Assembly (NCBI GenBank): GCA_024679065.1
Contig: JAGIQG010000011.1
Location: 44,454,001-44,518,000 of the forward strand
Length of the DNA stretch: 64,000 nt
From: Sphyrna mokarran
Lineage: Eukaryota
Reading direction: 5' to 3'
Of the stretch, positions 25,739 to 39,200 are shown piece after piece (position 1 is the stretch's first letter; every line of letters starts with the position of its first letter). The notes below the pieces were generated by a model. The model ran no database searches, was not told where the DNA came from, and saw only the letters and a list, made by a program, of their open reading frames with translations. A program made the translations under genes and the position numbers.

Positions 25739-27082
25739 GATGGCTGGACTTGCCGATAGTGAGGAGCATTGTCAGGCGATGCAGCAGGACATAGATAGGC
25801 TGGTAGCTTGGGCAGATAGATGGCAGATGGAATTCAATCCTAATAAATGCGAGGTGATGCATTGCGGGAGAAAGAATGTAGGGGGGAGGTATATAATAAA
25901 GGGTAGACCTATTAAGAGTGTAGAAACACAGAGGGACCTGGGGGCGCAGGTGCACAAGTCTCTGAAGGTGGCAGAGCAGGTGGAGCAGGTTGTGAAGAAA
26001 GCATATGGTATGCTAGCCTTTATAGGAAGGGGTATAGAGTACAAGAGCTGGCCTTTAATGTTGCAGTTGTATAAAACATTTGTTAGGCCTCATTTGGAAT
26101 ACTGCGTCCAGTTCTGGTCGCCTTACTACCGGAAGGACGTGGAGACTCTGGAGAGAGTGCAGAGGAGGTTTACCAGGATGCTACCTAGTATGGAAGGTCT
26201 GAGTTACGAGGGGAGGTTAGGCAAATTGGGACTGTTTTCCTTAGAAAGACGTAGACTTAGAGGAGATCTAATAGAGCTGTACAAGATTATGAGGGGAATA
26301 GATAGAGTAAACAGGGTTAAGCTTTTTCCTAGGGTGGACTCAAATAGCACGAGGGGTCATGGGCTTAGGATGAGGAGGGTAAGGTATAATTTGGATGCTA
26401 GAGGGAGTTTTTTCACACAGAGGGTGTTGGGGGTATGGAATGCGCTGCCAAGTAAAGTGGTGGAGGCAGGAACTCTGGAGTTATTTAAGAGACACTTAGA
26501 TGGGCACATGAATAGAATGGAAATGGAGGGGTATAGAAAACTGGTTTAAAATAGGGATCATGAGCCTTGGGAGTCCCTGGGAAGTGTGTAAATAGGTGAT
26601 GATATTGATGTACTTGTTTTTATCCTACAGGTGCTTTGGTCCGCCTTGTTGTCTAACAAGGGGCATACACGCAATGGGTCGTGAGAGGGCTGCCCTTGGA
26701 TTTTTCGAGAGTATCCTAGTGCGTCACCTCGTTAGTGTATGCTTGACCTGGACCATTTGTTGGGCAACACGACAGCTCAGTGACTATCGCTGTGCTGTGC
26801 AGATACATGGATTTGGGCCTGTTTCTGTGGGAGTTTACGCATTCTCCCCGTGCTTACATAGGTTTTCTCCAGGTGCTCTGGTTTCCTCCCACACCCCAAA
26901 GACGTGCTCTCAGGCTAATTGGCAGAACAAATTCTCCCTAAATTGTCTCAAATTTGGTTTCAATCCATAGATCTATAAACATAGACAGGATCACGGGTAG
27001 AGATGGGAACATTGGGATGGCAGCGTGGCTCATTGGGCTGAAGGTCCTGTTTCCCGTGCTTTTTTGTTCTTTGTTCTTTGTT
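25739..27082 (+). mobile_element. Young 5'-truncated CR1 LINE (ORF2 C-terminus open to 26549) with extended V-SINE-containing 3' UTR
   Basis: ORF 25737..26549 has WQMEFNPNKCEVMH, RPHLEYCVQFWSPY and FFTQRVLGVWNALP. (TTCTTTG)n tail. Aligns closely with 52460-53803. Confidence 0.95.
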
Positions 27083-27814
27083 AACTCCTTGTAAGTTTTA
27101 AGGCATGGGTATGAAAGAAATGGCCCTTTTTATTGTGCAGGTAAAGCAGAAACAATCATTAATTTTCAGCATTAAATGTTAAAACCATCTGACTGGAACC
27201 TTCTTAAACCTGAAATCTTCTCCCTCTGTTGGTCCAGTGAACCTCAGAAATACAAGCTCCAGGGAAGGTAATGAATGACCTGCATGCCTGCACTAACTCC
27301 ATACTGATCATCACATTTTTGTGAATGGTTGTGACATGTAAACAATGTGATGCATACCTTTCCTTTTCCTGAAGTAGAGGCCAGACGAAAACTATGTGTT
27401 TACCTGAAGTACAGGCATACATAAAATCAGAAGGCATGTTGAGTATATTACAGCTGAATTTAGCAGAGACATTGAGCACAATAGCAGCTCTACCCTCATG
27501 TCTGAAGGATCACATGTTGATGTCCTGAACTTCTTAATTAAGAAAGGCTTTTTTGTGCACAACAGTAGTTATTGCACTTAAACTAATCGTTAACCATGAA
27601 ACTTAATGCATTTATACTTTCCTGCTCATTAAGTGAGGGACATAAACACAAACTGAGCAACATTACTTTATAATAACTATTTTTAACTAAATTTGGCAAA
27701 GTAAATCATATCCTCCAGTGTAACAATCAAGATAAGTCTCATAATGTTTACCAGGTATAATGGTCTCCTATATCTCACTTCCTGCAAATAAGAGGTATAG
27801 CCAAGGATAAATAC

Positions 27815-28013
27815 ATGGGCCCCAGTTAGGCCTGATTTTTTTGGTTGTTTATGTGGAACATTCCTTGATCCAGTCCTACTCAGGCCTGCTCCCACAAGAC
27901 ATTTTCCATTACATCAATGACGGTATTAGTGTTGCTTCATGCTCACGTCTGCAGCTGGAAACATTTACTGATTTTGCTTCCAATTTCCACCCCTCTCTCA
28001 TCTTCACATGGCC
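27815..28013 (+). mobile_element. Penelope-like RT core fragment
   Basis: YVEHSLIQSYSG...FHYINDGI...FASNFHPSLIFTW (YIDD-type motif, decayed). Confidence 0.8.
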
Positions 28014-28014
28014 C

Positions 28015-28330
28015 ATAAAATCATAGAATTCCTACAGTGCAGGAAGAAGCCATTCAGCCCATCAAGCTTGCACCAACAACAATCCCACTCAGGTCCTATT
28101 CCCGTAACCCCAAGTATTTTACCCATTAATCCCCTAACACTAAGGGACAATTTAGCATGGCTAATGAACCTAACCTGCATACCCTTGGACTGTTGGAGGA
28201 AACTGGAGCACCCAGAGGAAACCCACTCAAACACAGGGAGAACATGCATGTTCCACACAGTTATCCTAGGACGGAATTGAACCCGAGTCCCTGGCAATGT
28301 GAAATAGTAGTGCTAATACTGTGCCACCCC
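28015..28330 (-). mobile_element. HE1-like V-SINE, CR1-type tail
   Basis: Reversed head, V-core and attctatga tail. Confidence 0.9.
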
Positions 28331-29644
28331 ATCTCCGGCACTTCTTTATTACATTCACATCTGTTTTATTTAAGAAGTGCTTTGTGATCTTAGGTGCTGT
28401 AATATTTATGACATCAGTATTTACATTCTTGTTCTTAATATAAATACGTAATTTATCTGGAGCATTCATTGTTTTGATAATAATTGAATATTTCAGCCAT
28501 TTGCTCTTCTCTCAGTTGGTACTAGGTTTGGGAATGATATGCCATTACTCAACCTGGCCAAATGCTTATGAGTAATTTTGTCCTTGAAAAATGTAGTCCG
28601 TTCTAAACGTAATGACCCCTTATAAGGAAGACTATGATGTGCATAAATGTCGCAACATGATTCATAAAATGGTATTTACAGGCTGCTGCCAATTATTACG
28701 CCAATAAACTGCAAATTTTGTTTTATCAAGTAAATGATGTTGACAAAGTTTAACAATGCAGTATAATTGTCATGTTGGTTTCTAAGGTTCTTAAATATAC
28801 AACAAGATACAAGATCATGGTTGGATATGACACTTTTAACATTGGCACTGTATAGAATAGAAGCAGAATTATTATGACCTGTTACACTCTGATTAGTATT
28901 GAGTCATTATTATTTGATATAGAATATCATAAATTAAAAACATGGTTAGAAATAAAATCTTTCCTTAACATCAAAATTAAATAATTCATTAAAACCAGAA
29001 AATTACTTTTCCAAATAAGAAAATGTTTTTCAATAAATAAATGTTTACTTTTCAAAACCTTCACCAAGTGGAATTTTGCTAACACTTACACATATAAATA
29101 GCAGATCCCTTATAGGTTACTCACAGTGAATCAGAAATGATGCTGTTGTTAAGCACGTTTCTATCTCTGCCTTATTGAAAATGACACAGTGTATGGTGAA
29201 ACAAATTATTTCATTCAGCCAAAGAGGTGGATTAATTGAGATCAGGCCATCACTCTTATCCACAATATAAAATTTGTAAGAAGTCATTGGAATTGACTAT
29301 ATATTAAATTCAGTACAAGAAAATGTGGGTTTCATTGAATTTCATTATAAGTACCTGTTAGTACTATACCTGGTGATGTCAAAGTATTTTTTTCAACATA
29401 AAGGCATCATGCTGCGTGACACACAATAGCTACTATTTAATAGTGATTCCACAATCTGCCTACTGTGCTCCTGCAATCATTCAAAATATTTTCTGAATGT
29501 TTTGTCACCTGCCTTTTTTTCCATTCTATTCCAGCCCTCTCTGTAAGATTTTATATTTCTCTATGTCCACATGTCCCATTCCTTCCTAGCTTTCCATTCC
29601 ACAATTTCAACTTTACGTGAATGCTACTCCTCACCCAAGTATCT

Positions 29645-29835
29645 CCTTGTCTCATCATTGGTGGCTGTGTCTTCAACTGCATGCCCTGGAATTCCCTCCC
29701 TAAATACATATTTCTCTCCAGCTCTATCTATTTTTCCAAGTTCTTTTTAAAAAATTTACCTTTGACCAAGCTTTTGGTCACCCCTCAATACTTCCTCCTT
29801 TGTCCAGTGTTAGTTTTTGTCAGATTACATCTCTA
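29645..29835 (+). mobile_element. L2-type LINE 3' end
   Basis: IGGCVFNC.PWNSLPK... followed by a KNxxFDQAF-like terminal remnant typical of L2 ORF2. Confidence 0.6.
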
Positions 29836-32800
29836 TGATGTGCCTGAGGGTGTCCCTTGGGGAATACTAATTGATCTTTCTGTGGGGGCCCGTTGAATAT
29901 GAGTTCCCATGGTAACAGGTACTTGCCTGCCCGGGTGGAACTTGACACCTGAGCCCTTTATAAGGTAGACACCAGGAAGGATCTGCAGAACTATTTTCCT
30001 CGTTGGGACTCACGTCCTTGAGTACTGGTTTTATTTTGTGTTCAATAATAAATACCGTTCTTTTCCAGTCGGACTCCCTGAGTTATTACATTAGTGATGA
30101 GGAACAAGGAAAGTGTCCTATAAGTGTCAATGGATGGAGTAAAATGATCACGGGGGCGATTTGAAAATGATTGGGAAACTGGAAATTATGATGCGGGTGA
30201 GAAGGATAGGCCCTAGTATGTTCAAAGAATGTGATATTTCTTCTGGGCAAATGAATTAGAAGGGAACAGCTGGCAAAATGTCATCCTCATGACTGCTTAT
30301 TGGGTCCAGACTTTCAGCATCATAAAGAATTTAATCTACCCAACAACCCAGCTTCAAAATCCTTTAATTAATTGATAGATTTGATAACAAGCCACTACGA
30401 CCCCAAACAAGCAATATTGCAGCATTATAAGGTTAACACGGCAAGTACTTTCTGGGAAGCCAGTTACAGAATTCTTGACAAGACTGCGGGAATTGGCAGA
30501 ACACTGAGTACAGGACCACTTGGTCTGTGGAATAAATGATATAGCGACCCAAAGGAAACTACTGACTGAATCTGGACGTGAGGAAAGCTGTAGAACTGGA
30601 TCTTTGACATGAAAACATTGAGAAAGAGGTCCAGGAGCTTCAGGGATCCTTTGATGGTCCTGTCCTCAGTTTTGAATGACCCCGCAGACCACAGAACCAA
30701 GTCTCCAGCAGATAACACTCGCATCTCCCATTTTATTGCAGTTGGACGAGGAGACCGTGAGATTCCAGAATTGGACGAGAGCTTTCTCCATAATATTGAG
30801 AGGAGTAAGCACATCCATGCTATGGTTACTGTCATAGGGTCTGCCTCAGACAAGGCTACTAAAACAGGTGAAATGCATATCGCCCAGGCCAAAGGGCCAC
30901 ATCAATACAAGACTTTCTAAATAAATCAGCCTGAGGATGAGGAATTGATGCAACTAAATTGCATTACTGCACCCAAAGTGGTCCCAATCCAGGTAAATGG
31001 GTGCTACCAAGACATGGCAGTAGACACAAGAGCTACTCTATCTATCATTAGGGAGCACACCTTTAGACAACTCCTATTAAGCATTTTGCCTTTAAGTCTG
31101 TGAGACACCAAGTCTAGATTTGCCACATTCAACAAGGAACCCCAATGCAACATTAGGACCACTGTAATTCCAGTTACACATGGGCAATAGACAGATTGAT
31201 TCCCCCTGCTAGTAATCCAAAGTCCAGGGCCCAGTCTCTTGGGAAGGGACTGGCTATGGAAAATTCAGCTGGATTGGAAACAGATCTTTAAAATAGATAT
31301 TGGCAAGTAGTTATTTTAAATAGGTACTGGGAAGTACCCCAAAATGTTCCAAGAAAGCCTCTAAATAATTAAAAGTGCCAGGCCAAGATCTATGCTAGAG
31401 GCACTATCAATCCCCTATGTCCTGCATGCCAAAATAGAGGCTGAATTGGAACATCTAGAGGAACTTGGCATAATACACTCAGTACAATTTGCCAAAAGGA
31501 CTGCATCAGTAGTCCCAGTTTTCAAGTCTGACAATTCATTCCTTCTCTGTAAATAGTGAACAGAACTTCCCACTAAGACAGATGCCATGTACCGAAGACT
31601 TATACACAAAATAGGCTGGGGGGGGTGGGGTCACATATTTTCAAAATTGAATATAAACCATGCCTACCTACAACTGTAGATTGAGGTGTCATCCAGGAAG
31701 TATATCACCATGAATACTCTCAAAGGATTGTATGAGTATACTTGTTTGCCTTTTAGGGTGTTTTCAGCTTGTGCCATTTTTCAAAGGATGATGGACAACA
31801 TCCTTCAAAGGGTGCCCAGAGTGGCAGTTTACCAGGATGATGTTTTAATCTCAGGAACTTCTGCAAAGGAAAATTTGGAGGAACATTTCTTTGATGTTGA
31901 TGTCAGGCTAAAAAAAGGAAAGGTGTGAGTTCCAGGTGAATAAAGTAATGTACCTTGGGTACAGAGTCGACAAGGATACACTGCACCCTATTGAAGAGAA
32001 GTTGAAGGCCATAAGGAAAACAATGGAATTGAAGACTTTCCTAGGTTTCATAAACTATTATAGGAAATTTGTACTGAACCTGGCAATCTTGCTGGCACTC
32101 CTCCAGGTCCTGCTTAAAAAAAATCAGAAATGATTGTGGTAAATACCACAGGAGAAAGTCTTTACAAGTGTCAAACCGAAATTGATGTCAACAAACATGT
32201 TAGCCCATTACTGAGATCACTTATCGTAACCCGTGACGTCTTCCCATATGGGATAGGAGTGGTATTGTCACACCATTAGACTAATACGACAGAACGTCCA
32301 ATTGCAAATTTTTGCAGATGCAGAAAAGGGATGCACGCAGATTGAGTGAGACAGTTTGGTTGTCATGGTGGTATTCACAGTGAAAAAGCTCTACCGGTAT
32401 GTCTACATTTCGCTGAAGTGACGGATCACAAACCTCTAAGTCATCATGAACCCAACGCTGGGCACTGTTATTAGGTGCTAATGAATACACTGTAGCGCAT
32501 TATCCAGGGAGTCAGATAGTCAATATAGATTCCTTGAGCCATATACGTCACCCACCAGACTAATGCTCACCTACGAAGATGGATGAAATCTTCATAACTT
32601 TGAACTTCATGGACACTCTGCCAGCATCTGCCAAGCAAATTCAGGCTTGGACTCAAAATGAGCCTTTGTTAACAAACCTACATCATATTGTCCTAAGTGG
32701 TGGACCATTAGGGTGAATTATAAAGGATCTAAAACCTTTTACTTCCAAATATCAAGAGCTGAGCATTGAGCTTGGTATCATCTTGTGGAAAGCCCGGGTG

Positions 32801-33700
32801 TTTGTCCCGCTTCCAGATCAGCAACCTATACATCATGAATTCCATAACCGTCACATAGGGATTTATAAAATAAAAATGCTTGCAAGAAGCTATTTTTAGG
32901 TGGCCTGGTTCAGACAAGGACATTGAAAACCTGATCAAATGATGCAAAACCTGCCAGGAAAACCAGAAGCTCCCACCAGCAGCCTCACTGCACCTGGGAA
33001 TGGTTGGGGAGACCTGGGTGTGAGTACAGCAGACTTCGCATGGCCATTTATGGGCTTGATGTTCTTAATTCTGATTGATGTCCATTCAGAATGAATCAAA
33101 GTGCACCAAATGGCCTCTACTACCTCATACAACATCATAGAAAAACTCCAGCAATCTTTTTGCACACACTGAGGTCCCTGTAATGGGATTCCAATTACCA
33201 GTGGGGAGTTTCAGAGCTTCGTGAACATAAATTGAGTGAGGCACATCTGCGCTGCACCCTGTCACCCATCTTCAAACGGCCTGGCTGAGCGAGCAGTCCA
33301 GGTATTCAAAAATAACATGAAAATCTAACTATAGCCTTTTTGGAGATGAAGGTTGCACATTTCCTTTTCAATTATTAGACGGTGCCATACATAGGAATGG
33401 GAACAGCTCTGGTGGGGCTATTGATGGGCTGATACCTTCGGACCAGGCTTAGCCTTACTTTCCCAAACCTGGGCAGCAAAACTGAAGAAAAGCAAGAAGC
33501 CCCAATTAAGGGGCCATGATGGACACAAACCTGATTGGGGGATACTGTCCACGTATGGAATTTTGGAGATGGCTCCCTGTGGGGCCCAGTACTTGTCCTC
33601 TCAAAAATGGGACTAGTTTCATATACAGTAAAGACTGGGGAGGAGACTATAAAAAAAATGTCAATCACCTCTACTGCAGGAAACCCTCCAAAGGAGCATT
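29836..33700 (+). mobile_element. Decayed Gypsy LTR retrotransposon: 5' LTR (~29836-30090), PBS, gag, PR, RT, RH, IN; 3' LTR not found
   Basis: LTR ends ttattaCA, then PBS-like ttagtgatgagg. VDTRA protease. NTLKGLYEYTCLPF...YQDDVLISG. YLGYRVDK, FLGFINYYRKF. Integrase HPSSNGLAERAVQ. Confidence 0.92.
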
Positions 33701-34785
33701 GCTGCATTGGACACCCTGCTATTGGCACCTTAACACTGGCCTGCCGCTGGGAGGCTCCATTTTGTTATGTTTACCAGAAATGAATGTTTTGCTAACTATC
33801 TTTTCTGTCTCTCTGTCTCTCTCTATATATATGTAATATAAGAGATAGGTCTGTCTAATACTCATTTTGTTACCCTGATTGAAATAGAGCACTTGTTGCA
33901 GTTGGAAAGGAGTGAAGGAGCTTAGTGATGCACCACAGAAGCAGTTGAAATTTATGAAACAAAATGATTGTATGTTATGTTGCTGACCATTCAACTCCAC
34001 CTTGCTGAGCATCTTAGTAATTACATCAGAATAATGTATTCAGTAGAATACATTTTGAAGCAATTAAACACAGTAACTTGCATAAAAATCTGTTTCATCA
34101 ATTCAGATGCTGCAACTGTTCTGCTTTGTCTCAGAGGCTGCATATTCTAAGTATTATGTTATTCCGTGCATTGAGAAGTACTGTAGCATAATAGTAAGAC
34201 TACTGGACTGGTGATCCACAAGCCAGGACTAATGCCCTGGGAACGTGAGTTGAAGTTGTTTCGTACGCTAGTTGTATGGCCTAGCTTAGTAATTGGTCTG
34301 ACTAAGGTAATTACTCCAAACTGGTTTATTTATACTATAGACACTCTATACATGATGAGCTTCTGGGTAGGTACATCTCTATTGAGTACAGACTATCTGC
34401 TGTAGAAAGTCCCTAGTACATGACTGCTGATGTCACTGTTATATCATGATCTATACCACTAACTCATTAGCATAACTCTTCTAGTAACCCATTCTGCTAC
34501 ATCTTCCCCAAGTATACCATCAACTCCTCTAATAATGATGTTACACTATTTCTTAAAATACTTACATTACATTTGTCCTACCACCTCCTCCCCCAAAGTG
34601 CACCGGTCACAAATTAGGTCTTTCTGGTGCTTTCACAACTCTGCCTGATCATCTTGTTGTGACAACTGAGCATGGGTGGTGGCATTAAACCAGGACTCTG
34701 AATAGGTCAGCATTCTATAAGCTGTTGATGTGTCCTTGGGACATTCAACCAAAATCTAGATGAGCACTTGAAACACCACAGCGTA

Positions 34786-35075
34786 TATGGCACAGTGGTT
34801 AGCACTGCTACCTCGCAGCACCAGGAGCGTGGGTTCAATTCCCAGTTTGAGTCACTGTCTATTTGGAGTTTGCATGTTCTCCCTATGTCTGTGTGGATTT
34901 CCTCCAGGTGCACCAGTTTCCTCCCACAGTCCAAAAGGTGTGCTGGTTGTGTACATTGGCCATGTTAAATTCTCCCTCAGTGTACCCAAACAGGTGCTGG
35001 AATCTGGCAATTAAGGGATTTTCACAGTAACTTTATTGTAGTGTTAATGTAAGCCTATTTGTGACACTAATAAAT
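34786..35075 (+). mobile_element. HE1-like V-SINE with Rex1/Babar-like tail
   Basis: A and B boxes, V-core, tail gattttcacagtaac...gtgacactaataaa. Confidence 0.9.
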
Positions 35076-35164
35076 GAAAAGAAAACAAGGCTATAGACAC
35101 AGCGCTGGAAAATGGTGTTAGAATGGATTTGTGCTTGATAGCCAATGCAATCATAGTAGGCCAA

Positions 35165-35510
35165 AGGGCCTCTGAGATTGTGCTGAACTTCGCTGGAACA
35201 CAGTGATGCCATGGACAGAGAGATCAGCACAGGAGTAAGATGGAGAATTAAAATGACAAGCAACTGAAAGTTCGGGAGAACGCTCGCTGACTGAATGGAA
35301 GTGTTCCACAAGGCAGTCATTCAGTCTTTGTTTGGTCTACCTGGTGTAGAAGAAACCGCATTGTCAGCAACAAATACATTTTATTAAAGTTGAAGAAGAA
35401 CACGTAAATTGTTGTTGCATTTGGAAGGAGTATTTGAGGCCTTGATAGTGAAAATGGCAGAAGTGAAAGGCAGGTGTTACATCTCCTATGCTTGCATAGA
35501 AAGATGCAAT
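35165..35510 (-). mobile_element. Penelope GIY-YIG endonuclease fragment
   Basis: CKHRRCNTC...QQFTC...CIC...CGFFY...TKQRL...EH remnant. Confidence 0.7.
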
Positions 35511-35608
35511 TTTGCAGAAGTTTAAGCAATTTGAAATATTGTTCCTATTGTCAGGAAACAGAAATAGGTTTAACTGATCTATATTTATATTGTTAAATCT
35601 TAGAAATG

Positions 35609-35895
35609 AGGTGGCATGATGGTTAGCACTGCTCTCTCAGTGCCAGGAACCTGAGTTCAATTCCCAGCTTGGGTCACTATCTGTGTGGAGTCTACATGTT
35701 TTCCTTGTGTCTGCGTGAGTTTCCTCTGGTTTCCTCCCACAGTCCAAAAGATAGGCTAGTTAGGAGCATTGGTCATGCAAAATTCTTCCCCAGTATACCC
35801 GAACAGGTGTTGGAATGTGGTGACTGTTGGATTTTCACAATAACTTCATTGCAGTGTTAATATAAGCCTACATGTGACATTGACAAATAAACTTT
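35609..35895 (+). mobile_element. HE1-like V-SINE with Rex1/Babar-like tail
   Basis: B box gagttcaattccc, V-core, tail gattttcacaataac...gtgacattgacaaataaac. Confidence 0.88.
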
Positions 35896-36544
35896 AAAAA
35901 AACTTAAAACTTAAGCTTAGATATAGATTTAAATGTGTTTAATTTCATGTTTTGTGTAGGAAAGGGATGATTCTAGTTTGATTTGTGTTAAACATAGATG
36001 TTTGCATCTATAAGGGTTTGGTTTCAATTTGAACTGTTTTTCTAATATGCTGGGAGGGAGTTTACATGTTCTTCTTCAACTTCAATAAACTGTATTTGTT
36101 TATGGGAAAAGTAAACGTGAGCTTGGAAAAGGATGAGATGTTGCCTCACTTATACAGAAAAGACCTTTTTGAGTTTAGTTTGAGCTGGAAGCAAAGGTAG
36201 AAGGAGCTTAGCAGTAAAAGAAGGAGCATCTCTTACAGCTTTGCTATAGGAAAAGCCATATATTAGCGTGAAAGGCAAGAAAACAAGTGCCAGAAATCTA
36301 AAGAACAGCTAGTTGAGGAAACTAGAAATATGAAGAGAAGTTTCCAAGAAGTCTGAAATTAAAGAAATAGAGAAAACTGGAATTAGAATAGGGTACCAAC
36401 AAAGTGAGAAGAAATTGTCTGGTGAGAAGCCAAAGGTGACTCATGTGATCCTACGATGTATGGTATTTTACCACAGTCATCGAAGCAATAGTTGAAGCAA
36501 TTGTGAAACAATTAGTGGTTAGATTGCTGAGAATTTTTGTAAAA

Positions 36545-36941
36545 GCTTGCAGCCCAGTCCATCACGGAAACTAACTTCCCATCCATTAACTCTGATATAT
36601 TTTCTGCTGTCTCCGTAAAGCAGCCAGCATAATTGAGGACCCCACGCACACTGGACATTTTCTTCCATCTTCTTCCTTCAGGAAAAAGATATAAAAGTCT
36701 GAGCTCAAGTACCAACCAACTCAAAATCAGCTTCTTCCCTGTTGCTGTCAGACTTTTGAATGGACTTACCTTGCATTAAGTTGATCTTTCTATGCATCCT
36801 AGCTATGACTGTAATACTATGCTCTGCACTGTCTCGTTTCCTTCTCTATGAACGTATGTTTTTGTCTGTATAATGCTCAAGAACCAATACTTTTCACTGT
36901 ATGTTAATATACGTGACAATAATAAGTCAAATCAAATCAAA
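36545..36941 (+). mobile_element. Rex1/Babar LINE 3' end
   Basis: KAASIIEDPTH...FHLLPSGKRYKSL...SFFPVAVRLLN. Tail gtgacaataataag(tcaaa)3. Confidence 0.88.
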
Positions 36942-37104
36942 GATTCAGGAATACTGAAAGAAGAGTTGGAAAACCTTGATATGGATCCATGATGAAAATA
37001 ATTGATGGAAAGCAGTGACTAAAAGAAGATTTCAAATCTTGTCCTTTTGGGAGTGGACCTTCGAAACATTTGTGTGACAATCATTTGGGCAGAGATTGAA
37101 GTAT

Positions 37105-37612
37105 ACCATAGAAAATTACAGCTCAGAAACAGACCTTTTGGCCCTTCTTGTCTGTTCCTAACCATTTTCTGCCTAGTCCTATTGACCTGCACTTGAACCA
37201 TATCTCTCCACACCCCTCTCATCCATGAACCTATTCAAGTTTTTCTTAAATGTTAAGAGTGACCCCGCATTTAACACTTTATCAGGCAGCTTATTCCACA
37301 CTCCCACCCAATATTCCCTTTAAACTTTTCTCCTTTCACCCTTAATCCATGCCCTCTGATTTTTCTCTGCCCTAGCCTCAGTGGAAAAAGCCTGCTTGCA
37401 TTCATTCTATATATACCCATCAAAATCTTATATACCTCTATCAAATCTCCCCTCATTCTTCTACACTCCGGGGAATAAAGGCCTAAACTATTCAATCTCT
37501 CTCTGTAACTCAACTTCTCAAGTCCCGGGAACATCCTTGTGAACCTTCTCTGCACTCTTGCAACGTTGTTTATATCCTTCCTGAAACTAGATGACCAAAA
37601 CTGTACACAATA
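37105..37612 (-). mobile_element. CR1 3' fragment
   Basis: ORF 37271..37555 QRRFTRMFPGLEKLSYRERL...RGDLIEVYKIL. Reversed terminal motif at ~37110-37150. Confidence 0.9.
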
Positions 37613-38744
37613 CAGAAATCCACAGAAGATTGATTAAGTGACATCTGCCATTTGGTTTTAGACTGGGATATTATCTTACCACAGTTGACCTGTTGGGTTA
37701 CAGAGACTGTGTGTTTTTAGACAAAATTATGGCATAAAATATATTGTATAATCTGTTATCCTAGAAATATGTGAACATTTGTGAAGATAAATCAGAATAA
37801 AGGAGTATTGTATTATAGTCAAACTTTTTAGATTTTTTTGAGGTTTGTAGTAAGTAACCCCTTTAAGGGGTGTTCTCCAACTCCCAATTGCTGATCTTCC
37901 AGATCACTCTGGGCTAGCTTCGATGTATCCATCCCTCAATCAGCCCCAACTCCCCACCCTACCCCTACCTGGATGGCCAACCACACACTTCCCTCCCTTT
38001 GCCCATGATCCAATGATCCCAAGTGCAGAGTGGCAGCAGAACCCCCCACCCCGACTGATTGACCCCTTTAGGCCCTACCCTCAACAGGTAAGCCTCTCTG
38101 GCCCCACCCACTTGTTAATGTCTAACATATGGTGGGCAAAGTCAAGATGCCCATTGGGCATTGCCACTTTGCCTCTTGGGCAGTGCCGAGGGTCAGAATG
38201 GCAGTGGTAGGCTGGCAATGTCCAGGGAGCATCCCCTTACCCTGATCTCCTGGGGGATATCATTGGTCTCTTTTCACTCCAGCAGGGTTGATCACCAGAT
38301 CCTCGTTAGTGTGGAGCTGTTGTAAACCCAATTGGAATGAACCACTCCAAGCAGAGTGGCGGGGGGGTGGGGTGATGCTAGTGGGTGGGAGGGGCCTGGA
38401 CACTTCAGTCTGTTGCAGCAGCACAACAGGCTGGGACAGTTGTTCTAGCTATCTCCTAATACAAATTTCTAAACTTTACTTATTTTCCTATACATCCACT
38501 TTACTGTAGCTTCATTAAAATGCATGCAACTTAGTATCTCCACTCCTTTTCCCTCAACTCTTTCAGTGAAATGGTCTTCAGCAACCTTTCCCCAACTTAA
38601 TTAAATCATTTGTGCACACATAGATACACAGCATTGTTTACAGAATAACTCAATATTCCCCCCAAAATATCAAAAATATAATGATCATTCTCACAATAAC
38701 CATGTTAAGTCTGTGCACAACATCACAAGTACCAGTTGAGGGTT

Positions 38745-39200
38745 TGACAAGTTGGTTTGCAATTTGTGAGTTGACGAAGGTTTTGATGTCAGTCAATGGT
38801 CCATGGTTTATGTCAGAAGTATTTAAAATATTTCTAATTAAGAATAGAATCAAATGGACTCGAATACCATCATATCACTCAATATTAAATGGTGCTACAG
38901 AAAAAAGATTGTGAATAAGTCTTTGCTAAATGACAAGCTGGGCAGTAATTCCCATGTTTTATTTTCAACACAGACTAGACAACCTTCTGTTGTCTCACAG
39001 ATTGACCCCACAGTCTATGCCAGGTTGCTCATATAATAGGTTAGTGTTTAAAGGCACTCCTAGGACAAGGTTTAGTTTTATTTAAACCTGATGTCAGTAG
39101 CAAAGTAAAAGAAAAGCAAGACAATGTGACAATGAGTCATGATACACAAGGCATAAAACTTAAGGAGTTTAGTGCTGCTTAGAAGGTCATGGTGAAAACT
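38745..39200 (+). mobile_element. Old Gypsy integrase fragment
   Basis: LMSVNGPWFMSEVFKIFLIKNRIKWTRIPSYHSILNGATEK resembles VSDNGPQF...PYHPxSNGxAER. Confidence 0.75.

Larger units (their letters stand above)
35910..37850 (+). mobile_element. Probable LTR-like element interrupted by Rex1/Babar and CR1 insertions
   Basis: Segments resemble 11330-11800 (tgtgtaggaaagg, gagcatctct..cagcttt.cta). No ORF. Confidence 0.4.

Noticed and set aside
25739-27082. Segmental duplication of 52460-53803
   Set aside because: Similarity stops at the element tail and at different 5' truncation points, and the flanks are unrelated. This fits independent retrotransposition.
29125-29170. Possible 46-nt minus-strand exon with GTGAGT donor
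   Set aside because: Weak acceptor and unrecognised peptide. Cannot be supported without RNA data.
30464-30920. Overlapping 142-aa and 103-aa ORFs as a novel gene
   Set aside because: They lie within the decayed Gypsy gag and are off-frame or antisense readings.
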